DNA of 63,125 bases, the filler included, from Bigelowiella natans CCMP2755 (lineage: Eukaryota > Protista > Cercozoa), in NCBI GenBank assembly GCA_000320545.1. It is 5 parts of 5 records of this genome, joined end to end, with 100 filler letters (N's around TTAATTAATTAA, not from the genome) between each part and the next. Parts side by side here need not be neighbours in the genome. Positions count along the whole stretch, not along the records: positions 1 to 27,504 come from ADNK01002266.1; positions 27,605 to 39,355 come from ADNK01002516.1; 3 more parts are not named here. One strand, given 5' to 3'. The notes beneath the pieces were generated by a model that saw nothing but the letters and a program-made list of their open reading frames with translations, had not been told where the DNA came from and ran no database searches. Below, in pieces: positions 23,833 to 37,250 of the stretch (within the stretch, counting starts at the first letter, position 1; each line of letters starts with the position of its first letter). The position numbers and the translations under genes are program-made.

Positions 23833-25305
23833 TTTATATACATATTTTTGATACACATGATATGGTATTCATAATACGTTTATGCATAATCGACTCGATC
23901 ATCCACACAAAATATTTTCCGCGAAACAGAACAAATGTGGTTATTATAACCGATCGGATCGAAAGGTGTCAGCAGATCCTTTTTCTTTCGTTCTCTTTCC
24001 TTATCCGAGTCACTGACAATGTTCCAACAATTTTCCGCACAACAACAGTATAGATGAGTGCAAATGTGCTAACATTTAGAAGTAGAGCGAAACATATCTC
24101 CCACGTTAATACAACCAGCGCCCAGCACCATAGAGCAACAAAGATGCTATGCCATTACCGGTCTTCGGTCTCAGTAGAACTAATACTGCCTTCACGAAGC
24201 TTTTTGCCTGGAGAATTCAAAATTCAAATAATAAAGTTACTAACTAGCACCAACCATAGGTCACTATTCTATGAAGCTTACGCAAGGCGATCTCCTTCTT
24301 TTTCTCCCTCTCAGCATTTTTCCTAACAATATATGAAGACCACACACGCATAAGCACACAAACACAAACACAAACACGAGTTTGCATCGATGCTTATAAA
24401 TAGCAGAGACATGCATGCATACATATTTTTTAAAGACTTAAAGCTGCATTTTTTGGCACGCCTTGATGTCTACGCGAAATCAGGCAGGAAAGAGCTTACA
24501 TATTTTCTTCAAGGGCTATCTTGTCTGCTTCCTGTTGGTGATAAATACACGCACCAAATTCAATACACTCAGTTATAGTTGGAACTAATTGCATGTTCTA
24601 GACTGCAGGGCTATATTCCGTACCTTTTGCGCCTCCTTGCGTAACCGATCTTGACGAATTTCAGCTTCCCTATGATATGGTATGATTAGTGGCTCTCTTC
24701 GCTGATGGTAGAGAGGGGGGGGGGAGGGAAAGAAGGGGTTCGATGTAGACCCCAGAAGGAAACTGAGTTTTTACCGTATTTGCGCTTGCTCTCGTCTCTT
24801 TACATATTTCCTATGATCTGTCTCTAAGCAGGAAAGAGAGGGGAGGAAACAGGGCAACAAGCAGCTATGAGAAAGCATACGAACAAAAACCAAAGAATAA
24901 ATGATGCGCGTACATAACACTCATAGACACGGTATATACACCCATACACGCGCACATATATAAGGAAAACTAAAATTCATGAAGTATTTGTGTAATTATA
25001 GGTGTGCTTAGAGATTCTACCGCCGAAGCTTTTCGCAACGCTCAGTGCAATAAGGTACTCGCCCAAATGCCTAATGATCCACACAGCCATTGTCAGGCAT
25101 GACCTGGTCATGAATAGAAATGATGGGGGGGGAGGAGGGAGAGCGAGGGAAAGATCACAGGTCAAACGAATTGCAAGATGCATTTTGCAAGCAAAAACGC
25201 AAAGCACTACTCAAGCTCCTCATCATCATCCCCAGTGTACTGTTTGTACGGCTTGACCCAAAGTAGATTCCTTCGGTTAACAACGCCATTTCTCCTGCGA
25301 ATATC

Positions 25306-25352
<47 letters not shown>

Positions 25353-26059
25353 CATTAGGTGTAAACACACGCACGCGCGCGCACACCGGTGTGGCTGCTG
25401 CATAAATATCGCGTGAAACACGAATAAAGTACATAAATGGAAGAAACTGAAAGCGAAGGCCGATCAATTGGAAAGATGCACCGATGCGCTTACTTACGCT
25501 GTGCCATGAAAACATAGAGCTGGCATGCATCCCTTGATGTATGCTTGTGCTTTCATGAGTGGTGATAGATCTACCAGACTACTACCCCTACTACCGCTAC
25601 TAGTGATGCTGCTGCGGCTACTTATAGTACCGCATATCGTCCACGAGAATCGTGTTTGACGCGTTGTAACAGCCATTCGAGTATCTCCATAATATCTATT
25701 TGGAGACGAAGAAGAAAAAGGAGAAGGTGAATAGGAAGAATGATAAGATAAAGAAGAAGACGATGACATTACAAGGGAAAAGGAGGGAAAGATTATGCTG
25801 CCTTGAGGACAGAACTAGCTCTATATCTCGAGGAAACACAACTATGCAACCAGTCATTGAATCATAGAGAAGTTGGCAATGAGCAAGAATTTGAGCGTGT
25901 GTGTGTGTGTGTCTGTGTGTGTGTGTGCGTGTGTGCATGAAAGGGGATGCAAAAGGCACCTGAAGCGGTTTTGTCGCAAAACGTCCATAGCGAGAGGAAT
26001 TTATCGTCAGCATCGATTGATAGTCTGAGAGCATATATTATCATGAATCTAAGATACAA

Positions 26060-26100
<41 letters not shown>

Positions 26101-26510
26101 TATACGTGACAGTAACATTTGCAAGGTAAAAATACACCGCGCAATCTGTAACGGGGCTTGGAATGGATTATTGCGTGAGCCTTTTTTTCCCGGTAACAAC
26201 GCGATTGATTTAGTTACCTAGCAAGCCTGTGATCTTGAAGTCAGGGTGGTGTAGAATGGCGGCGTCCATCGAGTTATTATACATCCAACTGAGATTCGCA
26301 AACGTTGCATTTAAGGTGTAGCATCAGGCGGGGATCTTGATCTATTCATCTGCTCGAGAGAGCAATCCATCTTATCTAGAAATAGAGTATTATATACATA
26401 CCCCATAGTCGCTCCTGACCAGAGGAAGATATCGTAGCCTTGGTAGACCTTCGTCAGTAACTATGTGCGCGCGTTCATTTCAATTCGAGAAATTTTGCAT
26501 ACACGTACAA

Positions 26511-26549
<39 letters not shown>

Positions 26550-26607
26550 AACACATACACAAACGCAGGTGGAGAGAGAGGTGAGAGAATGCGGAGGGGA
26601 GGGAGAG

Positions 26608-26641
<34 letters not shown>

Positions 26642-26900
26642 ATGCGAGAATGAAAGATCGAGGGAAATAAATGGGGAAACGTACAATTTTATTGTAACCT
26701 TGTGCAAGCCAGGCCTTATTGAAAAGCCTGGATGACCTTCAACTAATTTAGGAAGAGGAGGCTCGTCCAGATGTAGCCCTTTGATAGCGGTGATTAGCGC
26801 ACCGAAGCATACATAACAACATGCACATCACCGCGTCATTCGTGTAGAATATCCCTCTATGGCAGAGAAATTTGTATAATTTGTAAATAACTATATACAT

Positions 26901-26931
<31 letters not shown>

Positions 26932-27399
26932 TGTCAATTACGTCTTACGATCTCCTCCGACCCCATATCCTTCAACTCGTCTGATTCTAAACAGAAAGGG
27001 GGAGGGGGGAGGATAGCACGCGGGATCACATGGCTTTGACGAGGAAACAAAGGCGTCGTGTGCAGTCAATACAACAGCACTTCAACCTCCTCACAACAAA
27101 ATATTACGTTTCAGATATTCATAAAACGCATTAATTGCCTTTGAAGCTCGCACCTATATACGTCATCGAGTCGTCATCCGACGCATTCAAAGGCTGTTTG
27201 GTGATAGCCGTGTAGTTGCTTCCTGGCCTGCACACCATTATTATAGAGCATGCCCCACAATAAACGGTTATCGTTAGGTGTTTCCAATTTCGCATCATCG
27301 ATAAATAAAGGGGTGTGCATTCAGGAGACAGCAGCTAACAAGTGCGAGTGCTCCTACCCGACGTCAATCAAGGTGTGATCTAGGTCCAAAACGAGGCAT
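23125..27399 (-). CDS. NIF/FCP1-type HAD phosphatase, UBLCP1-like, multi-exon, 5' end lost at contig junction
   Basis: Exons encode CLVLDLDHTLID (DxDxT), RPGL, YDIFLWSGATMG, MLTINSSRYGRFATKPLQ, YNASNTILVDD, HLGEYL. The 3' exons are less certain. Confidence 0.8.
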
Positions 27400-27504
27400 C
27401 TGGGCAGGAAAGGGGGGGGGGGGGGGGAGTGGGAAGAGGCCAAAGGCAGATGAGAAATCGCAATCGCTTGGATACACACAAGTTTTCGAAATTGTAAATG
27501 AATC

Positions 27505-27604
27505 NNNNNNNNNNNNNNNNNNNNNNNNNNNNNNNNNNNNNNNNNNNNTTAATTAATTAANNNNNNNNNNNNNNNNNNNNNNNNNNNNNNNNNNNNNNNN
27601 NNNN
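27505..27604. other. Assembly gap / contig spacer
   Basis: Ns flanking TTAATTAATTAA (stops in all six frames), 100 nt in total. Confidence 0.98.
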
Positions 27605-30410
27605 ACCATCCAGACAATCTCGCCACGGTGGTCCTAATGGTGCAACGTAAGTCCGTGCAGCTCATTCGGCGGCCACACAACATCATCATCACAGAAGAGC
27701 GGTGTCGTGAAATAAACCCCCCCCCCCCCACCTAACAGATCCAACACCCAGTCCCAAGGGTTCCAGAAGAATTGATTTGACCTGAAAAAGGTGCAGGAAG
27801 TGTTGGCAAACTTAAAGCAGGGGGGGGGGCTGGCTGAGTGCTTGTGGTTTCTGGAAGTTCGCATGGCTCGCACGTCGGGGAGGAAACTCGGTGAAAGGAG
27901 ACGCCCCCTCCCCCCCTGCGCCGGTTGTCAATTTTGTTGCCTCTGGGGCGAAAGGGTCCGAATATCCTGTAGTGGCAGCAGCGGGAGTAGATGCTCCTCC
28001 CGCTCCCCCTCCCCCAACCGCCCCGTCGTTGGGCTCACCTATGCTTCCTGTCCCGGGAACGCTGGAGGGGGGGGGGATGGAGGCCTGGAATGGGTCGCGC
28101 ATCGACTCCTTGTTGTCATCGAAGTAGCTCAGGCCCCCGTCCTTCATACCCTGGACGCCGCTATTATCATCAGCCGCGAAAGGGTCGTTTCCGACGGTGG
28201 TAGCGGAGGAGGAGCTATTGCCCACTCCTCCTCCTCCTCCTCCTCCTCCTCCTCCTCCTGCTGCTGCTGCTGCTACACCGGCTGCTTTGGTCTCCTCCGC
28301 GAGCAGAGCCCCTGCCGTCGAGCCATTGTTAGCACTGAGGCTGCTGGTGTAAAAGGGGTCCGAAGTAGCAGCGCTGCCGCCGCTAGGAGAGGGAGCGAAG
28401 GGGTCGGCGGTGTTCTCCACTGCTGGCTGCTGTGCGTCACCACTACCCGCTGCGGGGGAGGAGGGGGCCGGAGCGAAGGGGTCTCCAGCGCCGACGACGC
28501 TGGCATCGTTACTGTTATCGATACCAACATTCTTGCTCATGCTGGCAGAGGCGGCGGCGGCGGCGGAGCCGTCGGGAGCGAACGGGTCTTCTGGCTTTGA
28601 AGCCTCACCAGCTGCTGCTGCAAAAGGGTCATTCTCGGCGTTCGCTGTGCCCCCCGCGCTGCTGCCGAATGCGTCGCTACTATCGCCGTGTTGGGGAGGG
28701 GGGGAGAGAAAAGCCTTCTTACTATCGTCGGCACCCTGCGGCTGCTCGTTGGACGCTACTGTCGTGCGCTGCTTCGTGAGGGGGGGGGGCGGCGAAACGA
28801 CACCCTGCGGAGGCGCGGCCAGGCTGAAGGGATCTTGCAGCTGCTGCTGCTCGTTGGATATTACCGCCTCGTTGGAAGCAACCGTCGTACGCTGCTTTGT
28901 GAGGGGGGGGGGGGCAAGAGAGCCAAGAGAGCCCTGAGGAGCCGCCAGGCTAAACGGATCTTCGTTGGAGGTGACCGTCGTGCGCTGCTTCATGAGGCGG
29001 GGGGGGGCGTCGCCCTGCGGCGGAGGAACTCCCTGGCCGAAGGGATCTTGCTCGTTGGAAACTACCGCCTCGTTGGAAGCAACCGTTGTGCGCTGCTTTG
29101 TGAGAGGGGGTGGGGAAAGATCCCCCTGCGGAGCGACCGCCGCGCCGAAGGGGTGCTCCTGCTGCTGCTGCTGCTGCTGCTGCTTCTTCTTCTCCTGCTC
29201 TCGATGGGCGAGGACATGGTCTGTGTTGTGCCGCTTCAGCTCGAGGGGGCTGGCCTTCGCCGCCATATCACCAACACCGGTTTGCTTGTTGTTTTCGTCG
29301 TTGCCGATGATGGGCTCTGCCAGAGCTCCCTCAGACGCTGGCGTCGATCCTTCCGTCGCTGGAGGCTGAGGGGCGAAAGGATCGAGGCCTACCGTGGTCA
29401 CAGCTGCCTTGTCGCTCTGTCGGTCTACTCCGGTCGCCCCTGCCCCAGACCCCATAGGATTCATGAGAAACGGGTCTTTGGCTGCTGCGGCGGCACCGCC
29501 ACTGCCCGCGCTGAAAGGGTCATTATGAATGAAGTTATCGCCACGGCCCTCGGGGGCAAGGTTGCCTCCCCCCGACGAGGAGGGAGGGGGGGAAACTGCG
29601 AAGGGGTCGGCCGAGGAAGGGCGGATCCCCACGTTCTCCATAGCGGCCATGTCGCTGCCGCCTTGACCCTTTCTATGACTGACATCAGCAGGGTTTGCGT
29701 TATCAGCTGGAAAATCGATGCTGCTACTTCCCGCGAAAGGGTCGGTGTTTTGCTCTGCCGAGCTATCCCCACCCCCCCCCACCCCCCCCCGGGAATAGTC
29801 TACATTCGAGGCTGAATTGCTCGCAGCCGCGAAGGGATCTGACGGAGCAGGAATGGGGGAGGAGGAGATCTGCTCATCACCCCGCTGGTGTGAGGCAAAG
29901 GGGTCGGACGATTTGATGGGTGAAGGCGAAACGAAGGGATCTTGCCGCTGTTGCGACGACTGCTCCTGTTTACCCTCCCCCCCTCCCTTCTGTGGCGCTG
30001 CTCCTCCAAATGGATCGCTGGAGGCGTTTGCTGGCGGTCCGAAGGGGTCGCTACCGACTGTCGCTGCTTCTTTCGCCGGGCCTGTAGGTGGGAATTAGAT
30101 TTGTGAGCAAGGTTTATGAAGATGGCGAGAGTGGGTACCAGGATGACTGTTGATGACAATGATCATTGTGTTGATAGTTATATTGATGATGATGATGATG
30201 ATGATGATGATGTGGTGGTGGGTTGTGCGGTATGGTCCTGACGAACGATGGTGTTACGAATGTGAGCTACTACCTTCCGGTGAAGATTCCGCCCCTGTAG
30301 ACGTCAAGACTGTTGCGGTAGAAGATGACCCCCCCATTGGTTCTATTGACGTTGGTGCATCAACTGCAGTCCACTCCGCTTCGAGAGATTCTGTACCACC
30401 CGTAGCCTCT

Positions 30411-30448
<38 letters not shown>

Positions 30449-31123
30449 ACGTTCAGAGCCAGCTTTAGTTTCTTCTAATAGCAGATCTAGACTGGAGGTT
30501 GCCTTGGCTTTCTGTTCTTTTAGAACGGGGCTGCTGCCTAAATTCGCATCGTCCAGAAGGGCATCCAGGTCCACTATCGTAGTACGGCATAGTAATGGGG
30601 GGAGGGGGGGGTGTAGGGTTAGAGGGGGGGAAGGGACGAAAGGGTTTGCTAAGGTGAAAGGTAGATGGAGGCTGGGAAAAGAAATCAAGTTTTTATCGTT
30701 TGATAGACAAAATTATCGATGATATTAATTGACACTTACAGGGATTTCGCCAACCCACCCCCCCCCCCTCAAATTCATATGGCCTGCACTCCAAACATGG
30801 GCTCCCATGAGAAAGGTTGTGTTCTATACGGATCCGAATTAAGCATGTTTTCAGCCCGATTAAATGCTCACTACCGTCGTCGATCTCAAAATCCTTGGCA
30901 TCGAAGTCGTCCACTGGTTTGCTGCTATCGTCATCAAGAAAAGAGCCAGACAGAATTGCGTCCGCTACGAAGGAAAAAGAAATAAATACTCAGGCGGGGA
31001 AGATTCATGAATCGGTAATATATCTACAAACAGAATCATTTATTCCGCGCGATGAATGAAGGATCAGGATAGGTGGGGGGCGGTCTAACCCTCGCTGAGC
31101 AGATTGGAGGCGTCGTCCTCCAT
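27605..31123 (-). CDS. Low-complexity protein with about 21 DPF motifs (endocytic accessory-like); 3' end lost at gap
   Basis: Large exon about 30085-27850 with 16 DPF in ORF 27812-29782 plus 5 in-frame upstream; four PP(P/R)L(T/M)KQRTTV(A/T)SNE repeats; tentative start MEDDASNLLSE at 31123. Confidence 0.7.
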
Positions 31124-31567
31124 TTCGTACGGCTCTTCTTTTAGACTGTGCAGCAGAATGCGTCTGAGAAATCATAGCGATTTTGGAAGAAAATCGGAAC
31201 ATTTACCTTATAAAAGGGATAAAACCCCATTGAAAAATCACATGAAGGCTGAACGTTACCCGGTTTGAAAATCTTAGTTCTGGCAGTATCCCCCTCGGCT
31301 GCCTCGCGGATAAGTGAAAATAGTTGGCTTTTAGTGTCTACGACAATTATTTCCTTCAGACCAAAGGCGAAAGGCTGTAAAGCGATAAATCCTTTTCTTT
31401 TGGTTTAATTATTGATGTCGCAGCGTAGACAAGCCCTTAGTAAGGACAGGTAGATCCAGATTTGGATACGTAAGGAATAATTTCGTGAAAATCTAGGACG
31501 TATTTTATGAATTTATGCCAAATAATGTTGTCGTAGTCTAGAATAGGATCACATCCTTCTCACCCGC

Positions 31568-33005
31568 ATGTACGAAGCCAAATTCCGAAATCCCCCCCCA
31601 ACACGAGTGATGAGTGAGAGCATTAGCAATGAGAATCTGGACAAAAGCCAGGCTGGAAGCGAGCAGACAATGCATATGAGTGTGGACAGGAGAAGCACAT
31701 CTATGACCACGGCTGTACAGGCTCCTGTACAGGACCGAAAATCTGGAGCACCTATGGATGAAGAAGAGAGCTTGCCTTGGACGCTGGGACAACAAATAGG
31801 AGGATATAAGCTGATAGACATGTCATAATCGCAGTCTTTGTCGAGACGAACTTGTTTTAATATATTTCTCCCCTCCCCCCTCCTCCCCACAGATTAGGTC
31901 CTGGGGGTCAAGGAATTGCCTATCTGGCTGAAACAAAAGAGGGGAAACTGTAAAGACTTTGTCAGTTAGTTCTTGGGCAAAAATCATAAATTTGTGATTT
32001 ATTTTGACGACATATTTACTATCCTCACAAGCTTAATGTGTACAAAATGGGACCAAATACGCAGGGTTGCAATGAAGTGTCAAAAGTGGCAAGAGAATCT
32101 GGGGTATTTTCCTTAACGTGAAAATCCACTTTATCGAAATAGCATTCTCATCTTGAAATTTTTGATTAGAGAAGACGAAGTGAAGGCTATGGATGACTTG
32201 AGGAAGTGCCCTCATATAGTTATGAACCCGAAGAGAGACATTTTCTCGCAGAAACAAATTCTTCACACTAAATTATCATCACAGGTAAATGTCGAAGCGG
32301 TATATAACAAAGTGGATTACAAGGCTCGCAATGGCGTTAAGTACCCGGTGACACAATGAGATCAAACATAATTTTATCCTGATGATTATACGTCAATGTT
32401 GTCTAAGAGTCAGTAATTTTCCTTCCTTCCGCCTCATCATTGCACATAGGTGTTTGCGATTGTAATGGAGTATTGCAACAATGGATCTTTTTTTCGATAT
32501 GCTCGAATTATTGGAGACGGGAACAGGATTAAGTACTACAATAACAACAACAACAACTACTACTACTACTACTACTACACTGCGACTCATCACCTGCTCA
32601 AGAATGACGTGTTTCTTATTTTTCATTTCTGCCTCACAAGGCGTGGTGTGCAGGGTTGTCAGTAATATTGTCAGCTATCAAGTAAGCTATTCCTCCCCTC
32701 TTTCTACTTCACCTCCTCTGTAAATTCCAGCCTTGTTAGGATGTACTTTCGGCAGCTTGTCGCGGCCCTCGAAGCTATGAGGGAAAAGAACATCATACAT
32801 CGGTACGTAGGCTTGCAATATCACGGAAATGTCATGTATTGGAAAAGGGTGAGGAGGCCGGATGAAGAAATATCGATAAGATTTATGTATCTGCATGAAA
32901 GTTTTTCTTATCTTCGCAGATCCAACGCACGCAAATGCAGTTTTGATATAATTAGAGACACCTCCTCACTCGAAAATCCACGGGATGTTGTCCACACACC
33001 TGACT

Positions 33006-33044
<39 letters not shown>

Positions 33045-34724
33045 ATATATACCACATATTCCAGCGATTTGAAGCCCAATAACGTAATGATTGGGGAAAA
33101 GGGAGAGCTAAAAGTCATTGATTTCGGGTCGGTAGCAACAACTATTGCTTCTATATTCTAGTGTATAGGAGGAGCAGCGCAAAGTTGCCTTTTGTTAAGA
33201 ATTCTCGGTTTCGAGCATGCATGAAGATATGTCGTCGTTGTCGGAAAAGAACACTGTACGCTTTTACCAGAATACATAGTATGAAAAGCTTCTATCACAA
33301 CGCACGTAGTAGTTCGTGCAATTGTGAGGCCTCCCCATAAGAACGATTGCGTCATGATGGCCCAAGAGATGATAATATGGCTTCTTCCAACAGGCCTCGA
33401 ATTACCAAAAGAAGAGAGAATTCCCTTGCCTATGGCATGCGACAATCTGTTCGTGCTCAAACTCATTGCATATGTATTCGCAATCGAAAATATTTATGTT
33501 AAAGACTCTGCGTGTTCGGTGAGAGAGCAAGAGGCGATTGCGGCACTAAAGGGTCCTTATTTCACTCACCTAGTTATGCGTATTCTATGCGAACGTGAGG
33601 AGGATTAGAGGAGGGGTAAGGGGGTTGCACTGGTTCTAACATGGGTGGTAGACATCGGTTACGGCGACGCAAGAATGAAGAGCATAATCCATGATCGCTT
33701 TCGTCATCAGATTTAAGGCCCCAGAATTGAAAGCAGGGAGGATATACAACAGCAAAGCCGACATCTACAGCGCAGGGGTTGGTTCTAATCTCTTTCACCT
33801 TCCCACTGTGCGCATAATCGCTGCGGGATCTGAGAGTCCTTTCTCCCGCAAGAAAAGTTCCCAATCTCCTTTAATAATGGCGGTGTTCTAAGCAGAGCGT
33901 GCACATGATACGATGCTCACATCATCAGGCCATGCTCTTTGTATTACTATACGGCTTCCCATTACCATTCACCCCAGGAAACGATAAAAAGGTAGCATCA
34001 TCCCAAAATTGAGCTATTGCTGTGCGAGTCAGAAGTGCTGCAGCGGATAATGGATAATAGTTGTGTTTGTCGAAAGTAGTCGCTTGTTTCTACCATGCAT
34101 TGAATTCGTTTGAACAATTCGCGCAGAATTTCTGGAGAGGTATTACCCAGTACAAATCATGGTTAAAGCGCAGAGGAAATTTGAAAGAAATAAAAAGCGG
34201 CAGGGCTCAGGAGCTGCTGACTTTTCTTGGTGAAAGTGGCGTTGGGTAAATTGCAGAAGTGAAAAAAGTGTGGTGCTGCGCGACTACTCATCAATCTACT
34301 CACACATCTGGCCGCCAGAGCCAATCTCATTTTCCATCAAAATTTGAATTTCACCTGTTATGAGGGAGGAGGGTGGGAGAGCAGCGGTGCTATCGAGAGC
34401 AGCTTCTCTGGGATCGCACTTGCTCACTAGCAATACAGATCGAAGAAAAACAACAACCGCGAACATTGAATTCTTAATTTCTTTTCTTTGGCGTTGTGAT
34501 CACAATATCAACTCATCTAAGTATTTGCAAACGTACAGCTACCCGATTATTCTCATCGGGGAATACGAGCGCGAGCGCGAGCCGTGCTACAGCTACGAGT
34601 AAGCTGCATGGCATATTTAGCTGTTTTGTTACAGATTATAGAACTTAAAAAAAAAAAGATCGAGTAAACGAAGAGAATTAATGCGATAACGATGACGATA
34701 GAGACAGATGAACAACACTTCCTC

Positions 34725-34768
<44 letters not shown>

Positions 34769-36333
34769 GAGTGCGCGAATAAATGGTGACTTCTTATTGT
34801 GTGATGTGGTTCTGCTGTATGTGTGCATGTGTGTGTATATATGCTATCGAGACTTGTCTTGTTTACACGTTTGTGTTCTCCTATATCTTCATTATGTCAG
34901 AGAGGCCAAAGAAATACTGCAGGTAGCAAACTCTATTACACATTTATCTGCTTCCCCCATCCGTCTTCATTTGCACAGAGATTATTGCTCCTACCTTAGA
35001 ACGACGACGAAATGGCTTCTTAGCAGCGGCAGAATTCTGTCCCCCTCTCTTTTTCTGAATCATGATTTGCACACACGCATCTTCTCAGCGAGATGGAAAC
35101 AGACCAATGGAGATACACACACTGGTTGGGATGGAGCTGATTGACGGCATGCTCGCAGAAGATCCTGCACAGAGGTTTGGTGGTTTTATAATGGGTGCGT
35201 GTGCGTGTAATCACGGGAGAGACGTGTTCGTGGTGAACGCAGCTACCACTCCTTCAACCTAGTTTGGATTTCGCAACGGTGGGCAGGTGGGACCTTCGCG
35301 AAATTAACGCGCACGAATTCGTGACGGGGGCTCCTGAAATCTCCGAGGTACTTTTCGTCAGTACTTCATGGTTGAATCGGCATGTAATAGTCGGGGGAAA
35401 CAAGCGATTCTTCTAGTGTCCCTTCCATCGCTCGTCTTTAGGAACGCTCAGACTCTGCTTGAATTCGTTTTCACTGCGGTGAAGTTCCGCTCTCCACGCG
35501 TCCTCACTCGTGTTTGCCTTTCTTTGCTGTTGTAAGGGGGACGTTCTCAAAGCACTTGAAGAGTTAAAAGAGGTTACTCATTAGCTAGGTGATGATGACA
35601 AACGGCGCGTCGCTGGTCTCTCCTTTCCTTTTTGCTTTGGTTTTCCTCTTCAGCTCTTTTCGGGGAAAGAACATAGCCAGCCATGCGGGTTGTTGATTAT
35701 AGCATTCTTCAGGAAACCAAGAATTCCAACAGGGGGAACAATTCATCGGTCAAATCTTATATAAAATTTAGAGGTAAAAACTAACAGATCAATCCAAAGC
35801 AAAACCGACGTTATTCCTTCATCACTCAAAAAGATCTCGTATTCGATAGCTCGGAGTCGAGTATTGATTGTTGGCGCTCCTTTGTGAGCGCCCAGAATGC
35901 AGAAGTAGATACTGTGAGAGAGACCATGTTTGAACCTTGTTTGGTTTTATTTAAAATAAAGCAAGAATTAAAAATGCGGTGCCTATATGTACTGATTCTC
36001 AAGGGGGGGCTAAGGGTAAAAGCGACGAGCCGCCATTCTTCACTGTACCGGTGAGGAAGGCCTTGAAGAACCGAATTTATGAATACACACAAATCACGAA
36101 TATGCCACGACCTGGACTTATGAACAAATGGAAGTGTTTGCCGACTATTCATCTCCAACGCCAAAGATGAGACCGTTTTCTTCGCAGAATCTTCCAGACT
36201 TGGACGGGGATTATGACGATATCGTTAAGGTTGTCGCGGTGCACTAGCAGCAAGTGATGGCGGATGAAAGACTGATTATAGTAGTGAGAAATAGTGCCGG
36301 GAATGCGGAAATTGCCATAGGAGGAGTATCTTG

Positions 36334-36368
<35 letters not shown>

Positions 36369-36900
36369 CTCAACCTTACTATAATCTTAAAGGATATTAA
36401 GAAAAGGCTGAAAGAAAAGAATGAAGAAAAACTGCCTTATCGCCCCGGGTCTGCCTTGATTAAGCAAGCGATTGATTTGATGATAGAATAGAGAATGGCT
36501 GACCGACGCTGTGCAACTACTTCCCTTCTCAACCACAATAGCTTTGCATCATTAATGAGAGATCGTGATGTATTGGAAGAATTGTTTCCGATCAAAGACA
36601 CAGAGATAGAACGCCCTGCGTAGATAGTGATAATTGCAATACCATTCAAATGAAGGGGAAGCGCGGTGTGAGAGAGTGTCATTAGCGGGCACATCTCGAA
36701 AATGCAGCCTTGCCATTGAACGATGTTCAAAGACAAAACGTGTTTGTCTTCTCTATTCTAACGACTCGTTTATTGGAAGGAGGTGCCTCACACAGGTCAA
36801 GTATGATGCTGATCCAGAAGAGATTCTTGGGAAGTAAGTGTTGATGTCTTTGTCGTCATTTGATATCAATACACTCACACACACACACACACACACACAC

Positions 36901-36946
<46 letters not shown>

Positions 36947-37116
36947 GTATGTGTATATAGATATAGTGTAAAGCTTCCTTTGGGTTCATCTTGATAAATT
37001 GCTCACCTTCCGTGCTGTTGATGTTGTGGGGATCGTAACGACGCTCAGGCTCGTTTTCATCTTTGAAAAACTGTGGAAAATCGTCGTCCATAAGGACATT
37101 GAGAACTACACGGTGA
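31568..37116 (+). CDS. Ser/Thr protein kinase, multi-exon
   Basis: Spliced subdomains LGPGGQGIAYLA, IVMEYCNNG, YFRQLV...IIH|RDLKPNN, KVIDFG, FKAPE, KADIYSAG, MLAEDPAQR. The C-terminal end is approximate. Confidence 0.9.
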
Positions 37117-37213
37117 TGACTTCAGATTCTTGTGATTCCCTGTATTTCATCGTGTGGCGGTGCCGATGCGGCCAATGATGCATCTTATATGTGACAGCAG
37201 CAGCTACTTAGTG

Positions 37214-37250
<37 letters not shown>

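Noticed and set aside
27505-27604. TTAATTAATTAA palindrome recurring four times
   Set aside because: Always centred in N runs; an artificial six-frame-stop contig linker.
28740-29120. Spaced direct repeats resembling a CRISPR array
   Set aside because: In-frame coding repeats of variable length in a eukaryotic exon; no cas genes.
27791-29815. Long plus-strand ORFs (269 and 375 aa)
   Set aside because: Antisense shadows of the GC-rich DPF exon.
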